DNA of 58,830 nt from a virus (Duplodnaviria; Caudoviricetes), in the IMG/VR virus record IMGVR_UViG_3300021185_000238, positions 1 through 58,830 of that record, one strand, 5' to 3'. Positions 8,730 through 17,335 of the stretch are shown one piece after another. The number at the start of each line of letters is the position of its first letter. Position 1 is the stretch's first letter. A model generated the notes under the pieces. The model ran no database searches and was not told where the DNA came from. It worked only from the letters and a program-made list of their open reading frames with translations. The position numbers and the translations under genes are program-made.

Positions 8730-10006
8730 TAATCCTCCGTCCACTGAGAGCCGTCCCAGTAGCGTTCGTTGTGAGCGCTTCCGCTAGTTACTTCAGTCTG
8801 ATTTCCGGTCGCTGTCAGGCGCTCGTAAACTACTGTTGCCGTGTCACGACTTGCACTTGTTGCGAAGCTAGTTGCTGTCAAGCGGTTAGTGGAGCGCGTT
8901 GTGTCTGTATTAAACGATGTTGTAGTAGCGTTCGATGTTGAGTTTGATGTGCCAAACGTAACCGTCGTATCGTAAGCCGTTGTCGTTGAGTTAGAAGTAC
9001 CGAAAGTAGTGGTCGTATCGTAAACCGTTGTCGTAGAATTCGATGTACCGAAAGTGGTTGTCGTATTGAACGAGGTTGTCGTGGTCGGGGCGGTAGTGCG
9101 CGATGTATTGAAGCTAGTCGTATAGGAAGTTGTTGTGCTTTTGCTAGTCGTCTTGCTAGTGTTGTAGCTAGTCGTATAGGAAGTCGTTGTGCTTTTGCTT
9201 GTTGTGCGGCTGGTGCTAGTTGTAGACGATGAAGTAACAGTCCTAGTAATCTTATAATTGCTTATAGTTCCAGTGTATGGGTTAAAAGAAGAACTGACAA
9301 ACGCGCCGCGATTGTAGGTAGTGCTTCCAGATGTGACTGACGTTGCACCAGACGATCCTGTGCCTACAGTTGCACCACCGTAAGTGAAAATAGCTGAAAA
9401 AGCAGTGTTCATCACATTATAAGAACTGCTATATGCTGGCGAAGTTGTGCTACTAGATGTCCCTGTCGTGTTGAATGTCGTGGTATAGCTTGTAGTGGTC
9501 GCTTTGCTAGTCGTCTTGCTAGTCGCGTAGGTAGTTGTATAGGAAGTCGTTGTGCTTTTGCTTGTTGCGCGGCTAGTTCCATACGTTGTGGTGTATGAAG
9601 TTGTTGTGCTTCGACTTGTGCCAGTAGCGCGGGTCGTATTGTATGACGATAAAGTGCTTCGACTTGTGCTTATTGCGCTAGTCGTATTGTAAGAAGTCGT
9701 AGTCGCTTTAGAAGTGCCTCTTACGCTAGTCGTATTGTAAGAAGTCGTGTAGGTCGTTGTCGTTGCCTTAGATGTCCCAGTAGCAAACGTAGTCGTGTAC
9801 GTTGTTGTGGTATTAGAAGAAGTAGTCGTAGAAAATGCTGTTGAAGTGTCACGACTAGTTTCGTAGATCGCACTCCACGCTGTGCTTAACGTGCCGTTAT
9901 TGTTAGCGACAACATAGTTCACGGCGTACAGTGTACCCTGATCTCCTTTTGCAAAGATTTGGGTAGGCTCTTTTAAGGTGCCACTGTCATTTACTTTAAT
10001 TGTCAT
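8729..10006 (-). CDS. Thr/Ser-rich (mucin-like) repeat fibre protein
   Basis: 425 aa with repeats like TS[KR][AS]TTT[ST]Y[TN]T, a non-repetitive central insert and C-terminal RYWDGSQW; directly downstream of the tail fibre. Confidence 0.75.
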   Translation of the reverse strand: MTIKVNDSGTLKEPTQIFAKGDQGTLYAVNYVVANNNGTLSTAWSAIYETSRDTSTAFSTTTSSNTTTTYTTTFATGTSKATTTTYTTSYNTTSVRGTSKATTTSYNTTSAISTSRSTLSSYNTTRATGTSRSTTTSYTTTYGTSRATSKSTTTSYTTTYATSKTTSKATTTSYTTTFNTTGTSSSTTSPAYSSSYNVMNTAFSAIFTYGGATVGTGSSGATSVTSGSTTYNRGAFVSSSFNPYTGTISNYKITRTVTSSSTTSTSRTTSKSTTTSYTTSYNTSKTTSKSTTTSYTTSFNTSRTTAPTTTTSFNTTTTFGTSNSTTTVYDTTTTFGTSNSTTTAYDTTVTFGTSNSTSNATTTSFNTDTTRSTNRLTATSFATSASRDTATVVYERLTATGNQTEVTSGSAHNERYWDGSQWTED

Positions 10007-10015
10007 TGGTCGCCC

Positions 10016-12250
10016 TTAACTAACTACATACCAAATGTGCCCATTAGCAAAGCCACTGGCGCTGGTAGGTGCCGTAGTTACAACAGATTGCGCCGCTCCA
10101 CCAATAGAACCCCAAGCACCATCCTGATAACCCTCAAACTCAGCAGTTGTAGAGTTGTATCTAAACATACCGTTAACTGGGCTACCATTTCTTTGCGCTG
10201 TTGTTCCGCTAGGTACTTTTACAGAATCAGTGCCGCTTAGTGTTAAATTACCCGTTGCTGTAACGTCACCAGTTACGCTAACGCCCGTTGCAGCCGTTGC
10301 AACCTTAGCCACAGCGTTATGGTATAAAGTTACTGCGCCGTCTTTTTGGCAAAGAATAGCAGATTCATCATCATTGAACAGTTTAAGTTGTGGGCCACCT
10401 TTAATAAATAAACTGCCGCCACCAACGTCTTCAATAATAGAATGTGAACCACTGTGGTAAATCTCCAGATTTGGCTCGTCACCAAACGTAGCCTTTACGT
10501 TGTCTCCAAGCGCAAGAGTACCTGTCATGGTTCCACCGGCTTTAGGAAGCGCCGCATTTGCAGTAGTTGTAGTGGTAGTTAGTACGCCATCTCTTGCTGC
10601 AATATCAACACCATCAACCGTGCCGCCTGCTACTATGTTACCAGACACATCTAAAATGCCATTTACATCAACTGTAGTAGCAGCTATCTGTACTTCTGTA
10701 TCAGCAACAATATCAAGTTGTCCATCAGCACTAGAGTTAATGTACAAGCCTGCGTCACGGAACTGAATTTTAGTATCAGTAGTTGTAGTATTTCCAATAG
10801 CTAGAGTTTGTTGTAGGGTTTCATTACCACCTGAAGCAGTGCTTGCAATTGTTCCGTCAGCAGCGATAGTAATATTAGAACCTGCGGTTAGAGAAGCTAC
10901 TACATTAGTTGTGTCCGTTACATCTGCACTAGCTTCAATACCGTCTAGCTTAGTGCCATCAGTGGCTACGTCTCGCCCATCAAACGTGCTATTAGTGGTT
11001 ATAGCTCCAGTCATAGCACCCCCAGACTTGGGTAGTGCAGCGTCTGCTGTAGTGCCTTGAGCTGCTGTAGCGTAATCTGAAGAATCAAAAGCCTTAACCT
11101 GTGCAAGGTTAGTTACTTCAGAATCCATTAGTGCGCCAGCGGCTGTAACATTAGTAGTATCAGTAACGTCTGCACTAGCTTCTATACCGTCCAGCTTAGT
11201 TCCATCAGTAGCAACATCTCGCCCATCGAACGTACTGTTAGTTGTAATGGCACCAGTCATTGCCCCGCCAGCTTTAGGAAGTGCCGCATCAGCAGTTGTA
11301 CCCTGAGCAGCGGTAGCATAGTCAGCAGAGTCAAAGGCTTTAACTTGTGCTAGGTTAGTAACCTCAGAATCCATTAACGCGCCTGCGGCGGTGACGTTAG
11401 TAGTATCTGTTACATCTGCGCTAGCTTCTATACCGTCCAGCTTAGTTCCATCAGTAGCGACATCTCGTCCATCAACTGTACCGCCCGCTACTATATTCCC
11501 AGAAACATCTAGGATGCCATTTACATCAATTGTAGTAGCGGCTATCTGTATTTCTGTATCAGCAACAATATCAAGTTGCCCGTCTGCGCTAGAGTTAATG
11601 TATATAGCTGCGTCGCGGAACTGCACCTTGTCATCAGTAGATACGGATACGTCTGTACCGCCAGTGGTATTTCCATTAGCTAGTACTTCCGCGAGGGTAT
11701 CGGATGTGGCTACTTGAGCATCTACGTATGCTTTGATCGACTGCTGTGTAGCGAGAGACACGGCGCTGTTCGAGGCCATGTTGTCTTCATCGAGTACCGC
11801 TGTTACCGTCGTGCTAGTACCCAACTGCAAAGAAGTAGTACTTGTTACCGCCTCAACTACGTTAGTCCCATCACAAAACAAGAACATAGTGCGTCCGTTA
11901 GGGACTAGAATGCCGGTACCGCCAGATGTTTTTAGGGTTACGTTTTGTCCAGAAGCATTCTTAGCTATGTATATCTTAGATAGGGTTGGGCATACTACAC
12001 TACCCGCTCCGGTTAGCTGGGTGCCTGAGTCAGTAAACTCTAGCATTGCACACCTAGATTCGGACGTAACTCCATTAGCAGTGGTTAGCGTGTGTGCGTT
12101 TGCAGTCCACGAATTAATGACCGCACGCCCCGCTATAGCCTGTTCTACCATAGAGGTTATATTATCGTTTACTACATCACCCCACGTACCGCTTAGTTCT
12201 CCCTGTACAGGTAGGGCTAGTTTTAAAATCGAAGTGTATTGCGTTGTCAT
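10016..12250 (-). CDS. tail fibre protein with internal repeats
   Basis: N-terminal GELSGTWG anchor, 82-aa tandem repeats (DGRDVATDGTKLDGIE...ALPKAGGAMTG), and C-terminal VPSGTTAQR...GMFRYNSTTAEFEGY...W typical of fibre modules. Confidence 0.85.
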   Translation of the reverse strand: MTTQYTSILKLALPVQGELSGTWGDVVNDNITSMVEQAIAGRAVINSWTANAHTLTTANGVTSESRCAMLEFTDSGTQLTGAGSVVCPTLSKIYIAKNASGQNVTLKTSGGTGILVPNGRTMFLFCDGTNVVEAVTSTTSLQLGTSTTVTAVLDEDNMASNSAVSLATQQSIKAYVDAQVATSDTLAEVLANGNTTGGTDVSVSTDDKVQFRDAAIYINSSADGQLDIVADTEIQIAATTIDVNGILDVSGNIVAGGTVDGRDVATDGTKLDGIEASADVTDTTNVTAAGALMDSEVTNLAQVKAFDSADYATAAQGTTADAALPKAGGAMTGAITTNSTFDGRDVATDGTKLDGIEASADVTDTTNVTAAGALMDSEVTNLAQVKAFDSSDYATAAQGTTADAALPKSGGAMTGAITTNSTFDGRDVATDGTKLDGIEASADVTDTTNVVASLTAGSNITIAADGTIASTASGGNETLQQTLAIGNTTTTDTKIQFRDAGLYINSSADGQLDIVADTEVQIAATTVDVNGILDVSGNIVAGGTVDGVDIAARDGVLTTTTTTANAALPKAGGTMTGTLALGDNVKATFGDEPNLEIYHSGSHSIIEDVGGGSLFIKGGPQLKLFNDDESAILCQKDGAVTLYHNAVAKVATAATGVSVTGDVTATGNLTLSGTDSVKVPSGTTAQRNGSPVNGMFRYNSTTAEFEGYQDGAWGSIGGAAQSVVTTAPTSASGFANGHIWYVVS

Positions 12251-12281
12251 TTCTTTGGCCTCACACGGCTATTCTGTTTGT

Positions 12282-12722
12282 TTAGGCTATACGCACTATG
12301 GCGCTTGTAGCGTTACCCGTAGGAAATTGTATAGTAAAAGGACTGTTACTAGTGCTTTTGTTCGCCCCAAAGTCCAGTACTGCTATAGAAGGGTTGCCTC
12401 CTCCTACTTTATATATAAGCGCACCACGAGCAGTAATTGTAGAGTTTGCCCACGTAGCGTCTGCGAAGTCCAGAAAAGCTGTAGTGCCCGAACCCCCGTC
12501 TGTAGGGTTTGTACTAATGGTCAGAGTATACCCGCCAGTAGTGTATCCGTTACCGTTTGCTACTTCATTACTAGTTGTATACGCCGTAGTATCTGCGCCT
12601 AAAGAGGCGTCTCCTGTATACAGGGCTACCTTAAAAGTCTGCGCAGTATCACTACTAAAGTCCATCTCTCCGTTTAATAGAGCGACTTTAAAAGAAGTAC
12701 ACATTGCTTGAGCTATAGCCAT
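12282..12722 (-). CDS. conserved virion structural protein
   Basis: 146 aa; MCTSFK, FKVALYT, GYTTGG, ITARGALIY, AVLDFG and FTIQFP are motifs seen in phage structural proteins. Confidence 0.65.
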   Translation of the reverse strand: MAIAQAMCTSFKVALLNGEMDFSSDTAQTFKVALYTGDASLGADTTAYTTSNEVANGNGYTTGGYTLTISTNPTDGGSGTTAFLDFADATWANSTITARGALIYKVGGGNPSIAVLDFGANKSTSNSPFTIQFPTGNATSAIVRIA

Positions 12723-12733
12723 AATTTAATTCC

Positions 12734-13366
12734 TTACTTAACAGCTACCTTAGTTTGTCCAGACCGATACGAATCCTGACGCAACTTACCGTCACCGAGA
12801 TTCTTTAGTAGAGCCATGCTTTGTAAGTACATACTCTCGTATTTAGCGACTATATCTTGCTCACCCTTCATAAACCGGATAGCTTCTACCAAGGCTCCAT
12901 TTAACAGTGCAGAGTCAAAGTTATTACCTAACCATGAAGTACCCGCAGTTACTATAGACGTAGGGTAATGCCCGTAAATGTGTTCTATTTCATAGTTAGC
13001 ATCGGGGGTGGGAGCCAGCTCTAGTTTAGTGTCGCTATAGTAAGCATAAAACTTAGGTAATCCGTAGTTAGCGGCAGTATTAACTGGGTACGCTTCACGT
13101 AAAAAGTTAACGTCTTTGTTTAACAGATACGTGTACGTGTTATTACTTATTACCGCTATGCTGTACGTATACAGGTAGTCGCTAGGTAAGGTATACAGCT
13201 TGTTGGTTTGAGCTACTGGGCCTTCATCTAACTTACGCAGGGCAGGTATCTGTACTGAATTGTATATCTTCTGCTCCGCCTGCTCCGTGAACATAGCGAG
13301 TTGGTCATCTGTGAACGTGTTCTCACAAATGTCTTGGATATTAGCTTTCAGTTCAGTGTAGTTCAT
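12734..13366 (-). CDS. putative head-tail adaptor / tail tubular protein A-like
   Basis: MNYTEL start, TLPSDYL, G-x-PKFYA, LAPTPD and LLNGALVEA; position between head and tail genes. Confidence 0.65.
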   Translation of the reverse strand: MNYTELKANIQDICENTFTDDQLAMFTEQAEQKIYNSVQIPALRKLDEGPVAQTNKLYTLPSDYLYTYSIAVISNNTYTYLLNKDVNFLREAYPVNTAANYGLPKFYAYYSDTKLELAPTPDANYEIEHIYGHYPTSIVTAGTSWLGNNFDSALLNGALVEAIRFMKGEQDIVAKYESMYLQSMALLKNLGDGKLRQDSYRSGQTKVAVK

Positions 13367-13383
13367 AACTTATGCCATTGGGC

Positions 13384-13749
13384 CTATGAGGTAGTTACAG
13401 TAACTTGTCCTATACTACCATTTATTAACAATATGTTGGGGGTTAATCCAAAAGGATCGACTCCCCCACCTACAGGGTTCCAACCCCACTGTATGTCCCT
13501 ACTACTACTGTTTCCTGATTCTCCTAGGCTTTGGTCTGGTCTAGGATCACGTAACGCTTGTGGATCGTGTACAGGAAACTCTCCTAGCATATTCTGAGGC
13601 TGATCTGGATTCCAACACTCAGGGCACGCTTTTAAATTAGTATCTACATTCTTTACAACTAGGTTCTTCAGTTCCTTTAGTTTGTACTGGAACCCACACA
13701 CGTCGCATAACGCGATGGCTTTCTTATCAGAAGCAAACTGAGTAGCCAT
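13384..13749 (-). CDS. conserved phage protein with CxxC...CxxC
   Basis: CDVCGF...CPECW and DPQALRDPRPD. Confidence 0.65.
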   Translation of the reverse strand: MATQFASDKKAIALCDVCGFQYKLKELKNLVVKNVDTNLKACPECWNPDQPQNMLGEFPVHDPQALRDPRPDQSLGESGNSSSRDIQWGWNPVGGGVDPFGLTPNILLINGSIGQVTVTTS

Positions 13750-13751
13750 GC

Positions 13752-14441
13752 TTACATATACCCTATGCGGGGGGTAAACCTAGCCGAGGTCTTCTCTCTA
13801 TCTTCTCCTGCGGCCAAGGCAAACTGCTCGTCGTACACAGACTTTAACAAGGGCACTCTTTCTGTCATCTCGGGTAGCTTCATGGCTATGTAGTATGCCA
13901 GTCCTGCTACTAGGCACGGGAAGAATCTAAAGTTCATATCCGCTGTTTCTACGCCACTACCGGCATCTTGTATGCGGCGCATACGCCAGTAGTACAATAC
14001 GTAGTCATTAGTATCTGGTAGAGGCCATACATTTACTTTGGGGTTATCCCGCAAACGCTCAATATATAGTTGTATGGGCCTGCCTTGTGTTAACTTGTTA
14101 GGGATAGAAGCGTACGTGCTCACACTAATCCGGCTTATGGATAGGTCAGTTTGTGTCGCTGCATTCCCGCTACCCGTGCGTATCTGGTGCTCCAACAAAT
14201 CAATGGTGTCTGCGGGCAAGTCATAGGGAGTGGTCTTACCTTTAACTAAGTTAATAGTGCCTTCGTCGATAGTCCACATGTTGATGCCGCGATTTTGCCA
14301 CTCAATAGTAAGCAAGTTCATGGAACGTCTAGCGGTTTTTAAGTCGTACCCAGAACGCATCTCACGGCCCGCTCGCTCAAACGCTTCTTCCGCGATCTCA
14401 GTGAACTCCATGTTAAACGCTGTAGAGTTTGATGTAGCCAT
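13752..14441 (-). CDS. putative head completion/adaptor protein (P22 gp4-like)
   Basis: EIAEEAFERAG, ARRSMNLL..EWQNRG, Y..IPNK..GRP and LVAGLAYY; position fits. Confidence 0.6.
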   Translation of the reverse strand: MATSNSTAFNMEFTEIAEEAFERAGREMRSGYDLKTARRSMNLLTIEWQNRGINMWTIDEGTINLVKGKTTPYDLPADTIDLLEHQIRTGSGNAATQTDLSISRISVSTYASIPNKLTQGRPIQLYIERLRDNPKVNVWPLPDTNDYVLYYWRMRRIQDAGSGVETADMNFRFFPCLVAGLAYYIAMKLPEMTERVPLLKSVYDEQFALAAGEDREKTSARFTPRIGYM

Positions 14442-14623
14442 TATTTACCCCACCCTGCCTTAGCTTTGACCTTAGCTTTATTAGATAGGTCGCCATAGTG
14501 ATACAGTTTCTTAGACGTATTTGACATAGCTTTGCCAGTCATAAGAGTCCCGTCAGGGTGCTTGTGCATACCACCCTTATGTTCTTTACCGTCTTTGAAG
14601 TAGTGCTTAACACCCATACCCAT
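14441..14623 (-). CDS. small basic His-rich protein
   Basis: 60 aa, HKGGMHKHPDGTLMTG; TAATG overlaps on both sides. Confidence 0.65.
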   Translation of the reverse strand: MGMGVKHYFKDGKEHKGGMHKHPDGTLMTGKAMSNTSKKLYHYGDLSNKAKVKAKAGWGK

Positions 14624-14925
14624 TATTTCTTTCTCCGCTTAGTAGCCGATACTCGTCTAGGCTTACCTGCTGGTTGTCCTAGCCTTTTCTTTTCCGCTAC
14701 CTTCTTTGCTTTCTCGGCGCTAGACATCTCACCAGAAGTCTTGGGGGTTTTTTCAGATACACGCTTAGAAGGGCGGCAGTAAGGTGTTCCCCTACCGTCT
14801 CCCTTCTTTCTACCACAAGCCTTTCCAGTCTTAACGTCTTTCCAATCTTCTTTGAACCAACGCTTTAGGGCCGCACCCTTTTCGGTTTTGCGAACTCCTC
14901 CACCAGACTTGTAATACGTACGCAT
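14623..14925 (-). CDS. small highly basic protein
   Basis: 100 aa, LKRWFKEDW...CGR...PYCRPSKRVS..TPKT; coupled to neighbours. Confidence 0.7.
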   Translation of the reverse strand: MRTYYKSGGGVRKTEKGAALKRWFKEDWKDVKTGKACGRKKGDGRGTPYCRPSKRVSEKTPKTSGEMSSAEKAKKVAEKKRLGQPAGKPRRVSATKRRKK

Positions 14926-15104
14926 TACTTACCAGCCTTTTTCTTCCGGCACTTAGCAATGGCTCCCGACGCGTAAGCAGACGGGAACACCTTATATTGC
15001 TTCTTGACCTTTTTATAGCACGCGTCTTTTACAGTGCCCCCTTCTTTCATCTTTCGGGGTTTACTGCCGCAACCGCAATCGCTCTTCTTGTAGTAGCGTC
15101 GCAT
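14925..15104 (-). CDS. 59-aa basic protein (below ORF-track cutoff)
   Basis: MRRYYKKSDCGCGSKPRKMKEGGTVKDACYKKVKKQYKVFPSAYASGAIAKCRKKKAGK; fills the gap exactly, with TAATG overlaps at both ends. Confidence 0.75.
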   Translation of the reverse strand: MRRYYKKSDCGCGSKPRKMKEGGTVKDACYKKVKKQYKVFPSAYASGAIAKCRKKKAGK

Positions 15105-15454
15105 TACGCACCTTTCATCTTGACCATCTTGCAGACTCTACCACCACGAGCCATACCGCAGCCACGAACCTTACCACCAGCTTTCATCTTGCCTTTACCA
15201 TCCGCAGCGTAAAAAGGGACTTTCTTACCACCTTTTTCTACCATGTCTAGCTTGCCACCAGCTTTATACTTCTTAGCCATACCACCAGCCATCATCTTCT
15301 TGGCAGACTTATTTTTGGCTTCCATAGCTTCCTTAGCTTTTTTCTCTTCGGGGCTAAGGGTTAAGTTCTGCATCATAGCTTCCCGCTGACGGGCGGCCTT
15401 TTGTGCGGGGGTCATCTTGTCAAACTCTTCTTTAGAAGGTACTTTTGGTTCCAT
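15104..15454 (-). CDS. small basic protein with repeated x-x-x-GG motifs
   Basis: 116 aa containing MMAGG, YKAGG, MKAGG and MARGG. Confidence 0.7.
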   Translation of the reverse strand: MEPKVPSKEEFDKMTPAQKAARQREAMMQNLTLSPEEKKAKEAMEAKNKSAKKMMAGGMAKKYKAGGKLDMVEKGGKKVPFYAADGKGKMKAGGKVRGCGMARGGRVCKMVKMKGA

Positions 15455-15459
15455 CTATA

Positions 15460-15753
15460 TCACCATTTAGATTTATTTGCCCAATACGCCGCAGACATTT
15501 TGCCTTTGGCTATATTTTTACCGTGACGGGCTTTAAAAGATTTACGTTTAGCTTTCATCTTAGCGGACTCGCCCTTCTTAGGTTTACCTGCTGTAGATGC
15601 GCCTTGCTCACCGTAACGTATTATTTTCTCTTTGCCGTTCTCACATGCCTTAACTATGTGAGATTTCTTAGCGTGCGAGGGAGTCCGACGTGGTTTATTG
15701 CACGCCATAGCCTTTTTATCGACTTTACCGCCGGACTTGTAATAGCTACGCAT
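15460..15753 (-). CDS. small highly basic protein
   Basis: 97 aa, KIIRYGEQG...RKSFKARH...SAAYWANKSKW. Confidence 0.7.
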   Translation of the reverse strand: MRSYYKSGGKVDKKAMACNKPRRTPSHAKKSHIVKACENGKEKIIRYGEQGASTAGKPKKGESAKMKAKRKSFKARHGKNIAKGKMSAAYWANKSKW

Positions 15754-16031
15754 TAACTATAGAACACTGTAATAGCGTCGATATTGGTAAAAGCAGTAAT
15801 AAAGACATCACTTTGAAAACGTACCCCGTAATCGGGAATATTAACAGAGTGAGAGTCATTAGCTTCAAAATCAATATCTAATAGGGTAGCTCCACCGTTA
15901 CCGTCGGTTATAGTAAGCCGCCCCGCGCCAGAGTTATTAGTCAGTACTTGTACTTGCCTTACTCGCGCTGGCCCTACACCTACCGAGCCTGCGCCAGTAA
16001 TCCGCTTTGCGGAAACATCAGAACTAGACAT
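15753..16031 (-). CDS. small putative virion protein
   Basis: 92-aa beta-rich ORF ending IPDYGVRF...ITVFYS; AGGAGG RBS. Confidence 0.65.
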   Translation of the reverse strand: MSSSDVSAKRITGAGSVGVGPARVRQVQVLTNNSGAGRLTITDGNGGATLLDIDFEANDSHSVNIPDYGVRFQSDVFITAFTNIDAITVFYS

Positions 16032-16043
16032 AAATGCCTCCTA

Positions 16044-16253
16044 TTAGCTAAGAGCCGCGCCAATAGCAGTTACCCAAGCAGCGCCAGTGTTAATTACGAT
16101 AGCGTATTCATCGTTACCAGAGCCGTTATCGCTGACCATATAAGCAGTACCTACAGCTACATCACCAAAAGCTGGGAGGTTAGCAGTAGTTACAACAGGG
16201 ATTTGAAAGCCGTTGTCCGAACGGACTGGGCCTGAAAAAGTAGTTTTAGCCAT
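16044..16253 (-). CDS. small putative virion protein
   Basis: MAKTTFSGPVRS.NGF N-terminus; first gene after the capsid terminator. Confidence 0.65.
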   Translation of the reverse strand: MAKTTFSGPVRSDNGFQIPVVTTANLPAFGDVAVGTAYMVSDNGSGNDEYAIVINTGAAWVTAIGAALS

Positions 16254-16279
16254 TATAAAGTTCTCACATGTGAGGTTAA

Positions 16280-16338
16280 GGCAAATCTGTCTACATGTCG
16301 TCAGTCGGGTCTGTCAGATTCACCGGATTGTTTCCCGA
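16280..16338 (-). ncRNA. candidate structured 5' leader RNA (stem plus pseudoknot)
   Basis: On the minus strand GGUGAAUCUG pairs with CAGAUUUGCC, and loop CCCGA can pair with upstream UCGGG. Confidence 0.3.
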
Positions 16339-16346
16339 TATATGAG

Positions 16347-16375
16347 AACATACCACAGTGTGTGATTTTACGCAA
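16347..16375 (-). promoter_or_regulatory. putative sigma70 promoter downstream of the capsid terminator
   Basis: TTGCGT-17 nt-TATGTT with TGn extension. Confidence 0.4.
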
Positions 16376-16378
16376 ACA

Positions 16379-16403
16379 TAAAAAAGGGGGCCGAAGCCCC
16401 CTT
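16379..16403 (-). terminator. rho-independent terminator after the major capsid gene
   Basis: AAGGGGG-C(UUCG)G-CCCCC followed by a U7 tract. Confidence 0.9.
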
Positions 16404-16425
16404 AGTACAGCATGTTACTACGCTA

Positions 16426-17331
16426 TTAAGCGCCGGGCGATCCGTAGATACCCAGTGGATCGGAAACACCAAACGAGTAGCGTTCACGAGCCTTGTAACG
16501 GCTGTTGCCAGTATCGAAATCAGCGTCCATAGAGGTAGCCATTGGGCTACGTACAAAGTGCTTCAGACCATTTGGCACGTCAGTCATCATAAACCAAGCG
16601 TCAGTGTCAGTCAGGTAGTGATTGACTGCATATCCGCCGGGTACTGCGCCGTTAGTCATAATGGCGTTGATGTCGTTATCAGCAGTTCCTACACGACCTT
16701 CAGTCTCAAGCAAACGAGTTGCAACAAACTGCAAGGCAGGTGGGATAACTAGCTTCTTAGGCTTGGCCGCGATCAAGAGACCACGCTCATCAGTGTAGCC
16801 TGCTACCTGAATGATAGCTGCTTCCAGAGAAGTTTCGTTAAGGTCAGCCGCAACAGTAGGACGGTTGGAGTTAGTTCCACCGCTAACCAGAGGGTGATCG
16901 GTAGCACAAAGTACTTTTCCGTCGCCGTAGGTAGTGCCAGCAAAAGCGTTGTTCAGAATGTCTGCGCCTTTAACTTGCTTGGTGTATGCCATAGCGCGAG
17001 CCAGTGCTTTGGTGTAACGAGATGACAGAGAGTCATACAAGTTATCTTCAATCGCTTCTTCAGTGATTGAGAAACCCATTGCAACAGTTTCGTGCGTGTA
17101 GCGTGCGCTCCATGCTTCCTGCGCGTTATCGTACTCGATTGCAGAACCTTCAGCTTTAGTTGGGGCAGAGCCAAAACCAGACAGCTTAGTTTCTTCTTCA
17201 AAAGAACGGTCAGAGGTTTCAGTCTCGAAAATCTCTTTGTGCTCTTCGCCATATTTTGCATACTCCAGACCAAATAGTGCGTTAAGTCCGGGTAGCAACT
17301 CTTTGAGTAATTGACTTCTTGAAATAGCCAT
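16426..17331 (-). CDS. major capsid protein
   Basis: 301 aa, MAISRSQLLKELLPGLNALFGLEY...FDTGNSRYKARERYSFGVSDP. Follows the scaffold/decoration genes and precedes a strong terminator. Confidence 0.88.
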   Translation of the reverse strand: MAISRSQLLKELLPGLNALFGLEYAKYGEEHKEIFETETSDRSFEEETKLSGFGSAPTKAEGSAIEYDNAQEAWSARYTHETVAMGFSITEEAIEDNLYDSLSSRYTKALARAMAYTKQVKGADILNNAFAGTTYGDGKVLCATDHPLVSGGTNSNRPTVAADLNETSLEAAIIQVAGYTDERGLLIAAKPKKLVIPPALQFVATRLLETEGRVGTADNDINAIMTNGAVPGGYAVNHYLTDTDAWFMMTDVPNGLKHFVRSPMATSMDADFDTGNSRYKARERYSFGVSDPLGIYGSPGA

Positions 17332-17335
17332 CTAG

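Noticed and set aside
11733-12602. 289-aa plus-strand ORF and many other 60-190 aa ORFs antisense to structural and replication genes
   Set aside because: They fully overlap well-supported genes on the opposite strand and show no recognisable motifs.
16290-16335. Hammerhead ribozyme (CUGACGA present on the minus strand)
   Set aside because: No GAAA correctly placed relative to a stem II, and no stem III/UH site could be built.
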